From the NCBI GenBank assembly GCA_963748015.1, contig CAVVHE010000005.1:512001-576000 (forward strand): DNA of 64,000 nt. The letters are read 5' to 3'. The position numbers were made by a program, and so were the translations under genes. Shown in pieces: positions 54,160 through 64,000 of this stretch; position 1 is the stretch's first letter; every line of letters begins with the position of its first letter. This DNA comes from Terriglobia bacterium (GTDB lineage Bacteria; Acidobacteriota; Polarisedimenticolia; Polarisedimenticolales; JAIQFR01). The notes under the pieces are model-generated. The model saw only the letters and a program-made list of their open reading frames with translations. It did no database searches and was not told the DNA's origin.

Positions 54160-56715
54160 ATGCCGAAAATGGGCGCCGGCCGCGCGGGTATTTACCTTCT
54201 CTTCTTCATTTCGGGAGCCACGAGCCTCGTCTACGAAGTGCTCTGGCTTCGCGAGTTGATACTCGTCCTCGGCTCGACGCTGTTCGCGACCAGCGCCGTT
54301 CTCACCGCGTTCATGGGGGGGCTCGCTCTCGGATCGCTCTCCGCGGGACGCTGGATCGACCGAGCTTCCTCGGCCCCTCTCCGGATCTACGGGTTGCTCG
54401 AGATCGGCATCGGCGCGTACGCCCTCGCCGTCCCGTTTCTCTTCCGGCTCCTGACCCCGGTTTATGCCGCCCTCTGGAGCGCCGGGGGCGAGAATTCGTT
54501 CGTCCTCTTCAGCCTCGCCAAGACCGCGGTGATCCTGGTGGTGCTGCTGCCTCCCACCTTCCTTATGGGCGCGAGCCTCCCGGTATTGGCCCGGCAGATC
54601 GCGGGCGACCCCGACCGGGTCGGCGGAGAGGTCGGCGCCCTTTACGCCACCAACACGTTCGGCGCGATGGCCGGGACGTTTCTCGCGGGGGTCGTCGCGA
54701 TTCCCGCACTCGGCGTCCGGCACACGCTCTGGACGACCGCGCTGGTCAACGTCATCGTCGGGGCTTGCGCCCTCGCCCTGGCTCGCCGCTTCGCCGCGCC
54801 CGCCGATTCCCCTCGCGCCGCGGCGCGCGAGGCCGCGCCGGCTCGCGGGCGCACGAGGCTCGCGCTGGCGCTGTTCGCGGTGTCGGGATTCGCGGCGATG
54901 CTCCTGGAGGTGGCCTGGACCCGCGGCCTCGCGCTCGTCGTCGGCAGCTCGGTGTACGCTTTTTCCCTGATGCTCCTCGCGTTCCTCACGGGGCTCGCCG
55001 CCGGAAGTGCGACGTTCTCCGCGTGGCTCAGGAAACGGCCGGATCTCGACCCGGGCGCGCTCGTCGCCGGGCTACTGGGGGCTTCCGGAATCCTCGCGTA
55101 CGCCACGGCCTTCCTATTCCAGGGCATGCCGAAACTCTTCGCGGACATCTACTTCGGAGGCGGGCTCGGCCCGAACGCGTGGCTCGCGGTCCAGTTCCTC
55201 ATCGGGTTCGCGGTGATGTTCCCGGCGACCTTCGCCCTGGGCGGGATCTTCCCCTCGGTGCTCCAGCTCCACGCGAGAGGACTCGACCGCGTCGGATCTT
55301 CGGTGGGATCGGTGTATGCGGCCAACACGGTGGGAACGATCGTCGGGTCCGCCACCGCCGGGTTTGCGGTGGTCCCCCTCCTCGGCGTCCGGAATACCCT
55401 TCTCGCGGTGGCCCTCGCCGAGGTCCTGCTCGGGCTCGTCGCCGCGCTTTGGCTGAAGCCGGACGGCGCCCGCACGCGCTGGGCCCTCGTGTTCCCGCTC
55501 GTGGCCGCGGCGGCGACGATCCCCTGGGTTCGCCCGCAGTGGGACACGCTGATCATGAACAGCGGGGTGTACCTCAACGTCGTCGATCTCCCCGAGGATT
55601 CGAACGGGGACGAGTTCGTGCGCCTCGTGGCGGCGAACAACCGCGTGGTTTTCGTCAAGGAGGGGTTGACGGCGTCCGTGATGGTGGCGGAACAGCCGGC
55701 GGTCAACAATCGTTTCCTCGCTGTGAACGGCAAGGTCGAGGCGTCCACCGCCGGCGACATGGAGACGCAGCTGATGTGCGCCCACCTGCCGCTCATTCTG
55801 CACCCGGCGCCGCGCGACGTGCTGGTGATCGGACTGGCGAGCGGGATCACCTCGGGCGCGGTCGCAACGCACCCCGTCCGGAGCATCCGCGTGGTGGAGA
55901 TCGAGGCCGCGATGATTCCCGCGGCGCGCCGGTTCGACTCGGTCAACGGCGGCGTTCTCGACGATCCCCGGCTGACGCTGACGATCAACGACGCGCGGAA
56001 CGAGCTCACCTTCTCCTCGCGGCGCTACGACGTGGTGGTCTCGGAGCCCTCGAACCCGTGGATGACGGTGGCGTCGAACCTGTTCACGGAGGAGTTCTTC
56101 CGGCTCGCGCGGGAGCGCCTGAACCCGTCGGGGATCTTCTCGCAGTGGATACAAACGTACGGGCTCGCCACCGAGGACCTGCGGTCGATCGTCGCCGCGT
56201 TCCACGCCGCCTTCCCGAACACGATGCTGTTCGAGACCTTCGAGGGAACCGACCTGCTCCTGCTCGGATCCGACGCGCCGATCGTGCTCGACCTCGAAAG
56301 GATGGGGCGGCGGATGTCGGAGCTCAGGGTATGGGCCGACCTCGGCCGCGTCCGCGTCCGGCGGCCGGCCGACGTCCTCCCGCTGTTCCGTCTCGGCACG
56401 GCGGAGGTGACGCGTCTCGTCGCCGGCGCCCCGCGCAACACCGACGACAACGCCCGTGTCGAGTTCTCCGCGCCGAAGTCGCTGTACGAGGACACCTCGG
56501 ATCCGACGCTCGCCTACATCGAGCGCTTCGCTGTTTCCCCTCTCGAGTACGTCGCCCCGGCCCCGGTGAGCACGGACGGCCGGGACCGGCTGAGGGTGCA
56601 GCTCGTCGCCGCGTGGCTGGCCCGGGAGCAGCGGGAGCGGGCGCAGGGCATCGTCGCCCAGATCGCCCCGGGACCGCTCCGGGACGAGGCCGAGCGGCTG
56701 CTAGGCCCTCCCTAG
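54160..56715 (+). CDS. Fused MFS-like membrane / spermidine synthase protein
   Basis: 'FFISGATSLVYEVLW', 'LYATNTFGA', 'VLVIGLASGIT', 'VEIE', 'DAR', 'SEPSNPW', 'NTDDN'. Confidence 0.9.
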   Translation: MPKMGAGRAGIYLLFFISGATSLVYEVLWLRELILVLGSTLFATSAVLTAFMGGLALGSLSAGRWIDRASSAPLRIYGLLEIGIGAYALAVPFLFRLLTPVYAALWSAGGENSFVLFSLAKTAVILVVLLPPTFLMGASLPVLARQIAGDPDRVGGEVGALYATNTFGAMAGTFLAGVVAIPALGVRHTLWTTALVNVIVGACALALARRFAAPADSPRAAAREAAPARGRTRLALALFAVSGFAAMLLEVAWTRGLALVVGSSVYAFSLMLLAFLTGLAAGSATFSAWLRKRPDLDPGALVAGLLGASGILAYATAFLFQGMPKLFADIYFGGGLGPNAWLAVQFLIGFAVMFPATFALGGIFPSVLQLHARGLDRVGSSVGSVYAANTVGTIVGSATAGFAVVPLLGVRNTLLAVALAEVLLGLVAALWLKPDGARTRWALVFPLVAAAATIPWVRPQWDTLIMNSGVYLNVVDLPEDSNGDEFVRLVAANNRVVFVKEGLTASVMVAEQPAVNNRFLAVNGKVEASTAGDMETQLMCAHLPLILHPAPRDVLVIGLASGITSGAVATHPVRSIRVVEIEAAMIPAARRFDSVNGGVLDDPRLTLTINDARNELTFSSRRYDVVVSEPSNPWMTVASNLFTEEFFRLARERLNPSGIFSQWIQTYGLATEDLRSIVAAFHAAFPNTMLFETFEGTDLLLLGSDAPIVLDLERMGRRMSELRVWADLGRVRVRRPADVLPLFRLGTAEVTRLVAGAPRNTDDNARVEFSAPKSLYEDTSDPTLAYIERFAVSPLEYVAPAPVSTDGRDRLRVQLVAAWLAREQRERAQGIVAQIAPGPLRDEAERLLGPP

Positions 56716-56946
56716 GGGACGGCGGGACCGGGGGGGCCCCCCTCCTCCCGGCGGACCCGCCGGACCGGCCCGTGGACTCGCCGATCCCCCGCCGGACCGA
56801 GCCTAGCGCCTCGGACACCGTCCGGCCACGGGGGGCTGCGGTTGTGTCACCGCAGGAGTTCGACTATAGTTTTCGGCTCCGGTGCCCGGACGCGGTATCT
56901 TCCGAAGCTCGCAAACGTGGAGTTTTCCTCGGAGGGGGCTCGAGCC

Positions 56947-57837
56947 ATGAGGTTCAACTGGAAGCTCGCGACGATCGCGATCACGTTGCTGCCCCTGGTG
57001 GCCGCGACGGGCTGCACCGGCGACAAGGTGATGCAGCCGGGTAACGGCCAACTCGAGCTGCAACTGGTCGTCGAGCCCGCGGTCGGACCGCGTGAGGATT
57101 CGAAGCCCCCGTACAACTACGCGAAGCTGAACCTCGCCGCCGTGACCTTCAAGCCCACCGACCCGCTCGCCCCGATCTCCTTGGGTCCCTACCCCCTGCA
57201 GATCCTGCTCGAGCCCGTGCTGGCCCAGATGGAGAGCAGCGGGACGCAATCGCTAGGGACGATCCAGATCAGCGCCGGCTCCTATGTGATGGACAAGGTC
57301 TTCGTCAATGGCTTCGACGTGAACGCCTCCGTGTACTGCAGCGTGACCACGATCCTTGAATGTCAGACGGACGCGGACTGCCCCACGATGCATTGCAGCG
57401 ACGACGCGACGAAGGCCTGCACGGAGAATTCCGGTTGCGGCCCGACGTGCCAGAACAGTTTCTGCAGCGACGACGGCACGAAGGCCTGCCTTCAGGACTC
57501 GGACTGCGGCCCGACGTGCCAGAACAGCCCCGAGACGTGCAGCACGACGGGTTTGCCGCCCATCACGAACATCGCCCGTTGCTTCGACGGCGTGCTGATG
57601 TCCGCGAACTTCCTGGTCGCCGGCGGAAGCCAGGAAAAGGGCATCGTTCCCACGAGCCAGCCGGTCTTCGAGATCCGCGCCGGAGAGGTCACCCGCCTGC
57701 GCGTGGTGCTCGACGGCGCCACCCTGACGACGGACATGGAGCAACACGCCACCTGCAGCACGACCACGAACGGCGCGACGCTGACCGCCTTCACGGCGGC
57801 GGAGCTCGGGCCGCTAGTCTCCGTCCAGCTGCCCTAG
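56947..57837 (+). CDS. Lipoprotein with Cys-rich tandem repeats
   Basis: Lipobox-like 'AATG-C'; duplicated 'CSDDxTKACxxxSxCGPTCQNS'. Confidence 0.7.
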   Translation: MRFNWKLATIAITLLPLVAATGCTGDKVMQPGNGQLELQLVVEPAVGPREDSKPPYNYAKLNLAAVTFKPTDPLAPISLGPYPLQILLEPVLAQMESSGTQSLGTIQISAGSYVMDKVFVNGFDVNASVYCSVTTILECQTDADCPTMHCSDDATKACTENSGCGPTCQNSFCSDDGTKACLQDSDCGPTCQNSPETCSTTGLPPITNIARCFDGVLMSANFLVAGGSQEKGIVPTSQPVFEIRAGEVTRLRVVLDGATLTTDMEQHATCSTTTNGATLTAFTAAELGPLVSVQLP

Positions 57838-57850
57838 GGCGTTTCGCGCG

Positions 57851-58690
57851 ATGCTCGCCCGCCGGTTCCGGGCGCCGCTCCTCGTCATGCTGGCGGTCGG
57901 CCTGTGCGCTTGCTCGTCATCGGGAACGGTTTACCCGCCGAACGGAACCGTCGCGCTGGACATCCGCGACCCGGGTCTGGGCTCGCAGACCGCAGCGGCG
58001 CGGTCCCGGCAGGAAGTGCGCTGGACGCTGCTCTCCGCCAACGCGACCATCGAGGGCTTCGGCACCTACGAATACCTCGCCGTCTCGCCCTGCACGTTCG
58101 CGGCCAACGTGTTCCTGAGCCCGACCCTCCAGAGGGTCTGCGGCGGATCGGGGATCGTCCTCGGCGCCCCGGGGCCGAGAAAAGCGACCGTGCAGCTGGT
58201 GATCTCCGCGATGGAGGCGCGCCAGGCGTACCGCCCGGATCTTCCTGCCGCGGGCGACTACGACGGCGACGGCGTTTCGAACGGGCTGGACAACTGCCCC
58301 CTCATCGCGAACCCCGACCAGATCTTCTACCCCGGCCAGAGCACGGGGGCCGCGTGCACGTATTCCGACCCCCTGTCCGGCGGCGTCTATGTCGACAACG
58401 ACGGGGACCTCGTGGACGACGACTTCGACACCTGCGCCTGGGTCCGGAACGTGGCGCAGACGGACTCGAATTCCGACGGGATCGGAGACGCCTGCGAGCA
58501 GATCGCGCGCGTGGTCCTCGGGCCCGGGCCGGTGACGATCACCCTCCCCTCCGTGACGATCAACGTGAGCCCGAACGCCGCGGTGAGGCTGGTCGTGCAG
58601 TTCGACGACCGGGTGACGCTCGTCGGATGCGATCCTTCGTTCACGCGGTGCTACCTGAATCCGGACGCGATCGTCGTCAAGGTCCTGTGA
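57851..58690 (+). CDS. Lipoprotein with thrombospondin type-3 repeats
   Basis: Lipobox 'LCA-C'; 'DYDGDGVSNGLDNCP', 'DSNSDGIGDAC'. Confidence 0.75.
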   Translation: MLARRFRAPLLVMLAVGLCACSSSGTVYPPNGTVALDIRDPGLGSQTAAARSRQEVRWTLLSANATIEGFGTYEYLAVSPCTFAANVFLSPTLQRVCGGSGIVLGAPGPRKATVQLVISAMEARQAYRPDLPAAGDYDGDGVSNGLDNCPLIANPDQIFYPGQSTGAACTYSDPLSGGVYVDNDGDLVDDDFDTCAWVRNVAQTDSNSDGIGDACEQIARVVLGPGPVTITLPSVTINVSPNAAVRLVVQFDDRVTLVGCDPSFTRCYLNPDAIVVKVL

Positions 58691-59841
58691 CCGCGCAGGA
58701 CGACCGGCTCCGCCGCCTCGCCCGCGAGGTGAACTCGCTCGGCGGCGACGCATCGCTCTCTCCCGTCGCGCGCGATCCCGGCGGGAAGCTACGCCTCGAT
58801 CTCCTCCTGGCGCGCGCGGCGGAGATCCGCGCCTCCGATCTCCTGCTGGTCCCCGGGGTGCCCCCCGTGGCCCGGGTGGACGGGCGGCTCCTGGCGATCG
58901 ATCCCGAGCGGCTCGACGATCGCGGGACCGCCGCCCTGATCGGCGAGGTGCTCGAGGAGCGCTGGGCCAAGGTGCTCGAGGAGCGGAAGGCGGCGGACTT
59001 CGGATTCGACCGGCCGGGGCTCGGGCGCTACCGCTGCAACGTCCATCACCAGCGGGGATCTCTCGCGGCCGCCATTCGCGCCCTTCCGGCGGCGATCCCG
59101 GGCCTCGACGCGCTCGGGCTCCCGCAGGTCCTGACCCGCTTCGCCGCGCTCGAGCGGGGCCTCGTGCTCGCCTGCGGCCCGGCGGGATGCGGGAAGTCCA
59201 CGACGCTCGCCGCGATCGTGGACATCGTGAACCGCACGCGGAACGCGCACGTGATCACCATCGAGGACCCGATCGAGTACGTGCACGCGCACGGCACGAG
59301 CATCGTGGAGCAGGTCGAGGTGGGGCTCGACACCCTTTCGTTCGGCGATGCGCTGCGACACGCGCTGAGGCAGGATCCGGACGTGATCCTCGTCGGCGAG
59401 ATGCGCGACCGGGAGACGATCGCCCTGGCGCTCACCGCCGCCGAGACCGGGCACCTCGTGCTCTCGACGCTTCACACGGGCACGACGGCGCAGACGCTCG
59501 ACCGGATCGTGGACGTCTTCCCCGAGGACCAGCAGCCCCAGGTGCGCGCTCAGCTGGCCCTCTCGCTCGCGGGGATCGTGCACCAGCAGCTGCTTCCCAG
59601 GAGCGACGGTCCCGGACGGGTACCGGCCGTCGAGGTGCTGCTGGCCAACGATGCGGTCCGCAACCTCGTTCGCCGAGGGATGAACCACCAGATCCCGGCG
59701 CAGGTGACCATGGGACGAACGGCCGGTATGCTCCCGATGGACGAGTCGCTCGCGCGGCTGGTCAAGACGGGCACGGTCGCTCGCGACGAGGCGCTGCGCC
59801 GCGTCGCGCATCCCGACGAGTTCGAGAGCCTGCTGCGCTAG
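58687..59841 (+). CDS. pilT: Type IV pilus retraction ATPase PilT/PilU family
   Basis: 'ASDL', Walker A 'GPAGCGKSTT', 'ITIEDPIE', 'LRQDPDVILVGEMRD', 'AAETGHLVLSTLHT', 'AVRNLVRR'. Confidence 0.9.
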   Translation: MTAQDDRLRRLAREVNSLGGDASLSPVARDPGGKLRLDLLLARAAEIRASDLLLVPGVPPVARVDGRLLAIDPERLDDRGTAALIGEVLEERWAKVLEERKAADFGFDRPGLGRYRCNVHHQRGSLAAAIRALPAAIPGLDALGLPQVLTRFAALERGLVLACGPAGCGKSTTLAAIVDIVNRTRNAHVITIEDPIEYVHAHGTSIVEQVEVGLDTLSFGDALRHALRQDPDVILVGEMRDRETIALALTAAETGHLVLSTLHTGTTAQTLDRIVDVFPEDQQPQVRAQLALSLAGIVHQQLLPRSDGPGRVPAVEVLLANDAVRNLVRRGMNHQIPAQVTMGRTAGMLPMDESLARLVKTGTVARDEALRRVAHPDEFESLLR

Positions 59842-59848
59842 GGCTGGA

Positions 59849-60481
59849 TCAAGCCCGCATCGGCTGCTTGCGGCGGCGAGGCTTCGACGCCGCGCTCTGC
59901 TGGAGCACCGAGTCGATGAAAGCCGTCAGCACCGAGGGCTCCACCGGCTTCGCGAAGCAGCGGATCGCGCCGCACTCGAGGATGCGTGCCTCGGTCTCCG
60001 GCGTGTAGTAGCCGGTCATCGCGATCACGACGGTCGCCGAGGAATCCGGGTCGGCCTTGATGGCCCTCGAGACCTGGAAGCCGTCCATTCCCGGCATCCT
60101 GAGGTCCAGCAGGACCACGTCCGGACGGAAGGTTGCCACGAGACGTCCCGCTTCGAAGCCGTCCGCCGCGGTCGTCACCTCGTAGGGCCGGAGGCGCGTG
60201 GACATGTGCTCCGCGACCACGTCCCGGATCCCCGCGTCGTCGTCCACGACGAGCACCTTGGGGCGCCCGGACCCTTCCCGCAGCGCGTCCGGGATCGGGA
60301 TCCCGTTCTCGCGCATGAAACGTAGCAGGTCTTCCTTCCGGATCCGCCGGTGCCCTCCCGGCGTCCGGAAGGCGGGGAGCCTCCCCGCGTTCACCCAGTT
60401 GATGATCGAGAGGGGCGAAACGTGACAGAGCTTCGCCGCCTCGAAGGTCGTGAAAACTGCCTTGTCGTTTTTGTCGTTCAT
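59849..60481 (-). CDS. Response regulator with N-terminal excisionase-like (HTH_17) domain
   Basis: 'FTTFEAAKLC...WVNAGRLPAFRTPGGHRRI' plus REC 'VLVVDD...LDLRMPGMDG...KP'. Confidence 0.88.
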   Translation of the reverse strand: MNDKNDKAVFTTFEAAKLCHVSPLSIINWVNAGRLPAFRTPGGHRRIRKEDLLRFMRENGIPIPDALREGSGRPKVLVVDDDAGIRDVVAEHMSTRLRPYEVTTAADGFEAGRLVATFRPDVVLLDLRMPGMDGFQVSRAIKADPDSSATVVIAMTGYYTPETEARILECGAIRCFAKPVEPSVLTAFIDSVLQQSAASKPRRRKQPMRA

Positions 60482-60762
60482 TCCTTCCGCCTGGAACAAT
60501 TCCAAGAATTTGAATCTTACACCTTCAATATGTATCGACTTGGCGGGCAAGTCAAGGGGTCGAATCGGCGAACCGCCTGCGTCGCTTCGCTTCGCGCGAC
60601 GGCATCCTCCGCCGCCGCCCGCAGCCGGGACGCATCATCGCGTTCGTGCTATCGTGGCCCGACCACGGTTTCCGTGGCAGGTTTCCTCCGCACACGGACC
60701 GCCCTCTTGGCTGGGGACACCTGCAGCCGGAGGGGCGCGCGGTCGTGGTGCTTGGGTCGATC

Positions 60763-61044
60763 ATGCCGACTTCCGAGCCGGTTCCGCAGGCCAAGAGCAC
60801 GCAGGGGTCAGGCGGAAAGGCCCATCCCCTCATCGCGGTCAAGGTCTCCTGGTGCAAGGGATGCGGTCTTTGCGTCGAGTACTGCAATCGCGATGTGCTC
60901 GAGATGCAGGGTACGGTCCCGCAGGTCGTTCACGCGGAGAGGTGCAGCCGCTGCCTCCAATGCGAGGCGATCTGCCCCGACTTCGCCATCGAGGTGAAGG
61001 AGGGCGCCGTGGAGGCGTCCCCGGCGGAAAGCGAGCCGCGATGA
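60763..61044 (+). CDS. 2[4Fe-4S] ferredoxin (2-oxoacid:ferredoxin oxidoreductase delta subunit)
   Basis: 'CKGCGLCVEYC' and 'CSRCLQCEAICPDFAI'. Confidence 0.9.
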   Translation: MPTSEPVPQAKSTQGSGGKAHPLIAVKVSWCKGCGLCVEYCNRDVLEMQGTVPQVVHAERCSRCLQCEAICPDFAIEVKEGAVEASPAESEPR

Positions 61045-62210
61045 GCGCCAAAGTCGAGTCCCATTCCGGCGTGCGGGTCATGTCCGGGAACGAGGCGTGC
61101 GCCCTGGGAGCGATGGCCGCCGGACTGACCTTCTTCGCCGGGTATCCGATCACCCCCTCTTCCGAGATCGCCGAGGAGCTCGTGACGCTCCTCCCGGAGC
61201 GCGGCGGCGCCTTCATCCAGATGGAGGACGAGATCGCCGCGATGGGCGCCGTGATCGGCGCCGCTCTCGCGGGAGCCAAGACGATGACGGCCACCAGCGG
61301 GCCCGGGTTCTCCCTCAAGCAGGAGAACATCGGCTTCGCCTGCATGGCCGAGGTGCCGTGCGTCGTGGTCAACGTGCAGCGGGGCGGGCCGAGCACCGGC
61401 CTCCCGACCATGCCCGCGCAGGGGGACGTGATGCAGGCGCGGTGGGGCACCCACGGCGACCACGCGATCATCGCCCTCGTTCCCAACTCCGTGGCGGAGA
61501 CCTTCGAGCTGACGGTCCGGGCGTTCAACCTCTCCGAGGCGTACCGGACGCCGGTGATCCTCCTGCTCGACGAGATCATCGGCCACGTCAACGAGAAGGT
61601 GTCGCTCCCCGAGCGGGTCGAGGTCGTGAACCGGACCGGTCCCGACGCGCCGCCCGACCGCTATCTCCCGTACCGGCACACCGAGTCCGGCGTCCCGCCG
61701 ATGGCGACGTTCGGAAAGGACGGGTACCGCTTCCACGTGACCGGACTCGCGCACAACGAGACCGGTTTTCCGACCAACGACCCGAAGCAGATCGACAGGT
61801 TGAACCGGCGGATCAACTGGAAGATCGAGCGCCATCGAGACGCCATCGTCGAGGTCGTTCGCGAGCGGTGCGACGACGCGGAGATCGCCGTGTTCGCGTA
61901 CGGCTCGGTCTCCCGCGCCGCCCACCAGGCGGTCGGCGAGGCGCGCGAGAAGGGAATCCGCGTCGGGCTCCTCCGCCCGCGCACCCTGTGGCCCTTCCCC
62001 GACGCCGAGGTCCGGGAGCTCGCGGGCCGGGTGCGCGCGATCGTCGTCCCCGAGATGAATCTCGGACAGATAGCGCACGAGGTGGAGTGGGCGGTGCGCG
62101 GCTCGTGTCCGGTGATCCCGTTCGGGCGCGTGGACGGGCTGCCGATCAGTCCCGCGCAGATTCTCAACCTGATCGAGGAGGCGGCCTCGGGCCGGTCGAA
62201 GGCGCCATGA
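61041..62210 (+). CDS. korA: 2-oxoacid:ferredoxin oxidoreductase alpha subunit
   Basis: 'GNEACA', 'GYPITPSSE', 'QMEDE', 'TATSGPGFSLKQE', 'RGGPSTG', 'EMNLGQ'. Confidence 0.92.
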   Translation: MSAKVESHSGVRVMSGNEACALGAMAAGLTFFAGYPITPSSEIAEELVTLLPERGGAFIQMEDEIAAMGAVIGAALAGAKTMTATSGPGFSLKQENIGFACMAEVPCVVVNVQRGGPSTGLPTMPAQGDVMQARWGTHGDHAIIALVPNSVAETFELTVRAFNLSEAYRTPVILLLDEIIGHVNEKVSLPERVEVVNRTGPDAPPDRYLPYRHTESGVPPMATFGKDGYRFHVTGLAHNETGFPTNDPKQIDRLNRRINWKIERHRDAIVEVVRERCDDAEIAVFAYGSVSRAAHQAVGEAREKGIRVGLLRPRTLWPFPDAEVRELAGRVRAIVVPEMNLGQIAHEVEWAVRGSCPVIPFGRVDGLPISPAQILNLIEEAASGRSKAP

Positions 62211-63034
62211 CCGATTACAACCAGTACCTCCGCCTCGACAAGTTCCCGCTGATCTGGTGCCCCGGCTGCGGCGACGGGATCGTCCTCAAGGCGATCCTCC
62301 GCGCGGTGGACCGCATCGGGCTGTCGCGAGACGAGATCTGCATGGTTTCGGGGATCGGCTGCTCCAGCCGGACGCCCGGATACGTGGACGTGAACACGCT
62401 CCACACGACCCACGGGCGCGCGATCACGTTCGCCACCGGCGTGAAGATGGCCCGCCCGGACCTGACCGTGATCGTGGTCACCGGCGACGGCGATGCAACC
62501 GCGATCGGCGGGAACCACTTCATCCACGCCGCGCGGCGGAACATCGACCTCACCGTCTTGCTCTACAACAACTGGATCTACGGGATGACCGGCGGCCAGG
62601 CGTCGCCGAGCACCCCGAAGGGCAGGCGCGCATCCACTGCGCCGTTCGGCTCCTTCGAGCCCAATTTCGACATCGCGGCGCTGGCCGCCGGCGCCGGCGC
62701 GTCCTTCGTCGCGCGGGAGACGGTGGCGAAGCCTTTGGTCCTCGACAAGCTCATCGAGCGGGCGATCCGCAAGAAGGGGTTCTCCCTCGTCGAGGTGATG
62801 ACCCCGTGCCCGACCACGTACGGCCGCCGGAACAAGCCCGCGGATCCCGTCGAGATGGTGCGCGACCTGAAGGAGCGCTCGGTCGGGAAGGGCCGGGTCG
62901 AGGAGCTTCCGGAAGACGAGCGCGAGGACGCCATCGCCACCGGCGTCTTCGTGGACGTGAACAAGCCGGAGTACATCGAGCAGTACCAGGCGCTCGTGAA
63001 GAGGCTGGGCACTGCCGCCGCCGGCCACGCGTGA
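62207..63034 (+). CDS. korB: 2-oxoacid:ferredoxin oxidoreductase beta subunit
   Basis: 'WCPGCG', 'SGIGCSSR', 'HGRA', 'GDGD...IGGNH', 'YGMTGGQ'. Confidence 0.93.
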   Translation: MTDYNQYLRLDKFPLIWCPGCGDGIVLKAILRAVDRIGLSRDEICMVSGIGCSSRTPGYVDVNTLHTTHGRAITFATGVKMARPDLTVIVVTGDGDATAIGGNHFIHAARRNIDLTVLLYNNWIYGMTGGQASPSTPKGRRASTAPFGSFEPNFDIAALAAGAGASFVARETVAKPLVLDKLIERAIRKKGFSLVEVMTPCPTTYGRRNKPADPVEMVRDLKERSVGKGRVEELPEDEREDAIATGVFVDVNKPEYIEQYQALVKRLGTAAAGHA

Positions 63035-63056
63035 TCGCGCCGGGCGAGGAGGTCTG

Positions 63057-63614
63057 ATGGGCTTCCGTTACGAGCTGCGTCTGAGCGGCGAGGGCGGCCA
63101 GGGCATGGTCCTGGCCGGGAAGATTCTCGCCGAGGCCGCCGCGATCTACGACGAGCACAACGCGACGCAGAGCCAATCCTACGGCCCCGAGGCGCGGGGG
63201 GGCGCCTGCAAGTCCGACGTCATCATCGCCGACGGCGACATCGACTACCCGAAGGCCGAGCGGATCGATCTCCTTCTCGCCCTCACCCAGGAGGCGCTGG
63301 ACAAGTATGTCGGCGAGCTGAAGCCCGGCGGCTATCTCGTCGTGGACGCCGACGCCGTGAGCCGGATCCCGGACGGGGACTGGAAGATCGTGAAGTTCCC
63401 GTTCGTGCGGACCGCTCGCGAGGCGCTCGGGAAGGTCGTGGTCGCGAACATCGTGGCGCTCGGCCTCATCGTGCGCCTCTCCAGGGCCGTCACGGAGAAC
63501 GCGGCGGAGCAGGCGATCCTCGCCCGGGTGCCCAAGGGAACCGAGGACCTGAACCGCCGCGCCTTCCGCACCGGGTTCGAGGCGGCCGAAGCTCTCGTCC
63601 CGTCGGCGGTCTGA
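63057..63614 (+). CDS. korC: 2-oxoacid:ferredoxin oxidoreductase gamma subunit
   Basis: 'GEGGQG', 'SYGPEARGG', 'ANIVALG'. Confidence 0.92.
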   Translation: MGFRYELRLSGEGGQGMVLAGKILAEAAAIYDEHNATQSQSYGPEARGGACKSDVIIADGDIDYPKAERIDLLLALTQEALDKYVGELKPGGYLVVDADAVSRIPDGDWKIVKFPFVRTAREALGKVVVANIVALGLIVRLSRAVTENAAEQAILARVPKGTEDLNRRAFRTGFEAAEALVPSAV

Positions 63615-63645
63615 CGCCGCGCGCCGGGGCGCGCCGCCCGACATC

Positions 63646-64000
63646 ATGGACCGCGCGCTCCAGCCCCTCGTCGTCAGGGCACACGCACTCGGCAATCCCG
63701 CGCGCAAGTTCCTCCGCGCCGTCGAGCGGCACGCCGATCTCCTTCTCTCCCGCCTCGAGGCGTCGGGGGGCGTCTCGCGCGTCCACCTGGACCGGGCCGC
63801 CCCCTCCCTGAAGGAGGACTTCGATCTCGTCGCGTCCGCCGGGCGCGATCCGGCGGAGGTCCTCACGCTGCTCGGGACCTTCCACGCGGTCCAGCTCCTG
63901 CACCAGAACGTGACCTCGCTCCGCAGGCTGGCGCAGGACGTCGCCGAGCAGCCCGACCGCCGGGGGGTCCGCCGCACCTTCCTGCGGCGGGCAGCGGAGG
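63646..64000 (+). CDS. Hypothetical protein (3' truncated by window edge)
   Basis: Open frame from ATG 63646 ('MDRALQPLVVRAHALGNP...') to the window end with GC-rich third positions. Confidence 0.5.
   Translation, partial: MDRALQPLVVRAHALGNPARKFLRAVERHADLLLSRLEASGGVSRVHLDRAAPSLKEDFDLVASAGRDPAEVLTLLGTFHAVQLLHQNVTSLRRLAQDVAEQPDRRGVRRTFLRRAAE

Overview
High-GC (about 70% by eye) bacterial chromosome segment; the gene content suggests Acidobacteriota (inference only). The left half (1-31.4 kb) is an exopolysaccharide/cell-surface locus of the exosortase-A (PEP-CTERM)-associated type. It contains Wza, an outer-membrane beta-barrel, Wzc/CpsD, a priming sugar transferase, glycosyltransferases, two AsnB-like amidotransferases, FemAB-like, ATP-grasp, two deacetylases, an O-glycosylation ligase, YvcK, and an HPrK-like kinase/PqqD/nucleotidyltransferase trio. 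No exosortase or PEP-CTERM protein is visible in the window. Instead, three unrelated secreted proteins all end in the same P-x-x-P-x-x-V-R-x-R-stop tail and each has its own sigma54 promoter; this is the best candidate for an undescribed sorting/anchoring system. The right half is mostly housekeeping: tRNA-Arg, tadA, two tRNA-Ser, SRP RNA, dnaX (with an A10 slippage site), ybaB, recR, mglBA, rplU-rpmA-obgE-nadD-rsfS-rlmH, lapB-like, comF, a cyclophilin-like protein, two near-identical giant Cys-rich secreted proteins, MFS/spermidine synthase, two lipoproteins plus pilT, and a 2-oxoacid:ferredoxin oxidoreductase operon. Two distant intergenic elements (31.4 and 43.0 kb) are homologous structured repeats with compensatory stem changes. 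Several EPS genes carry single-base insertions that look like sequencing errors. All product calls are from motif recognition by eye; no searches were run.
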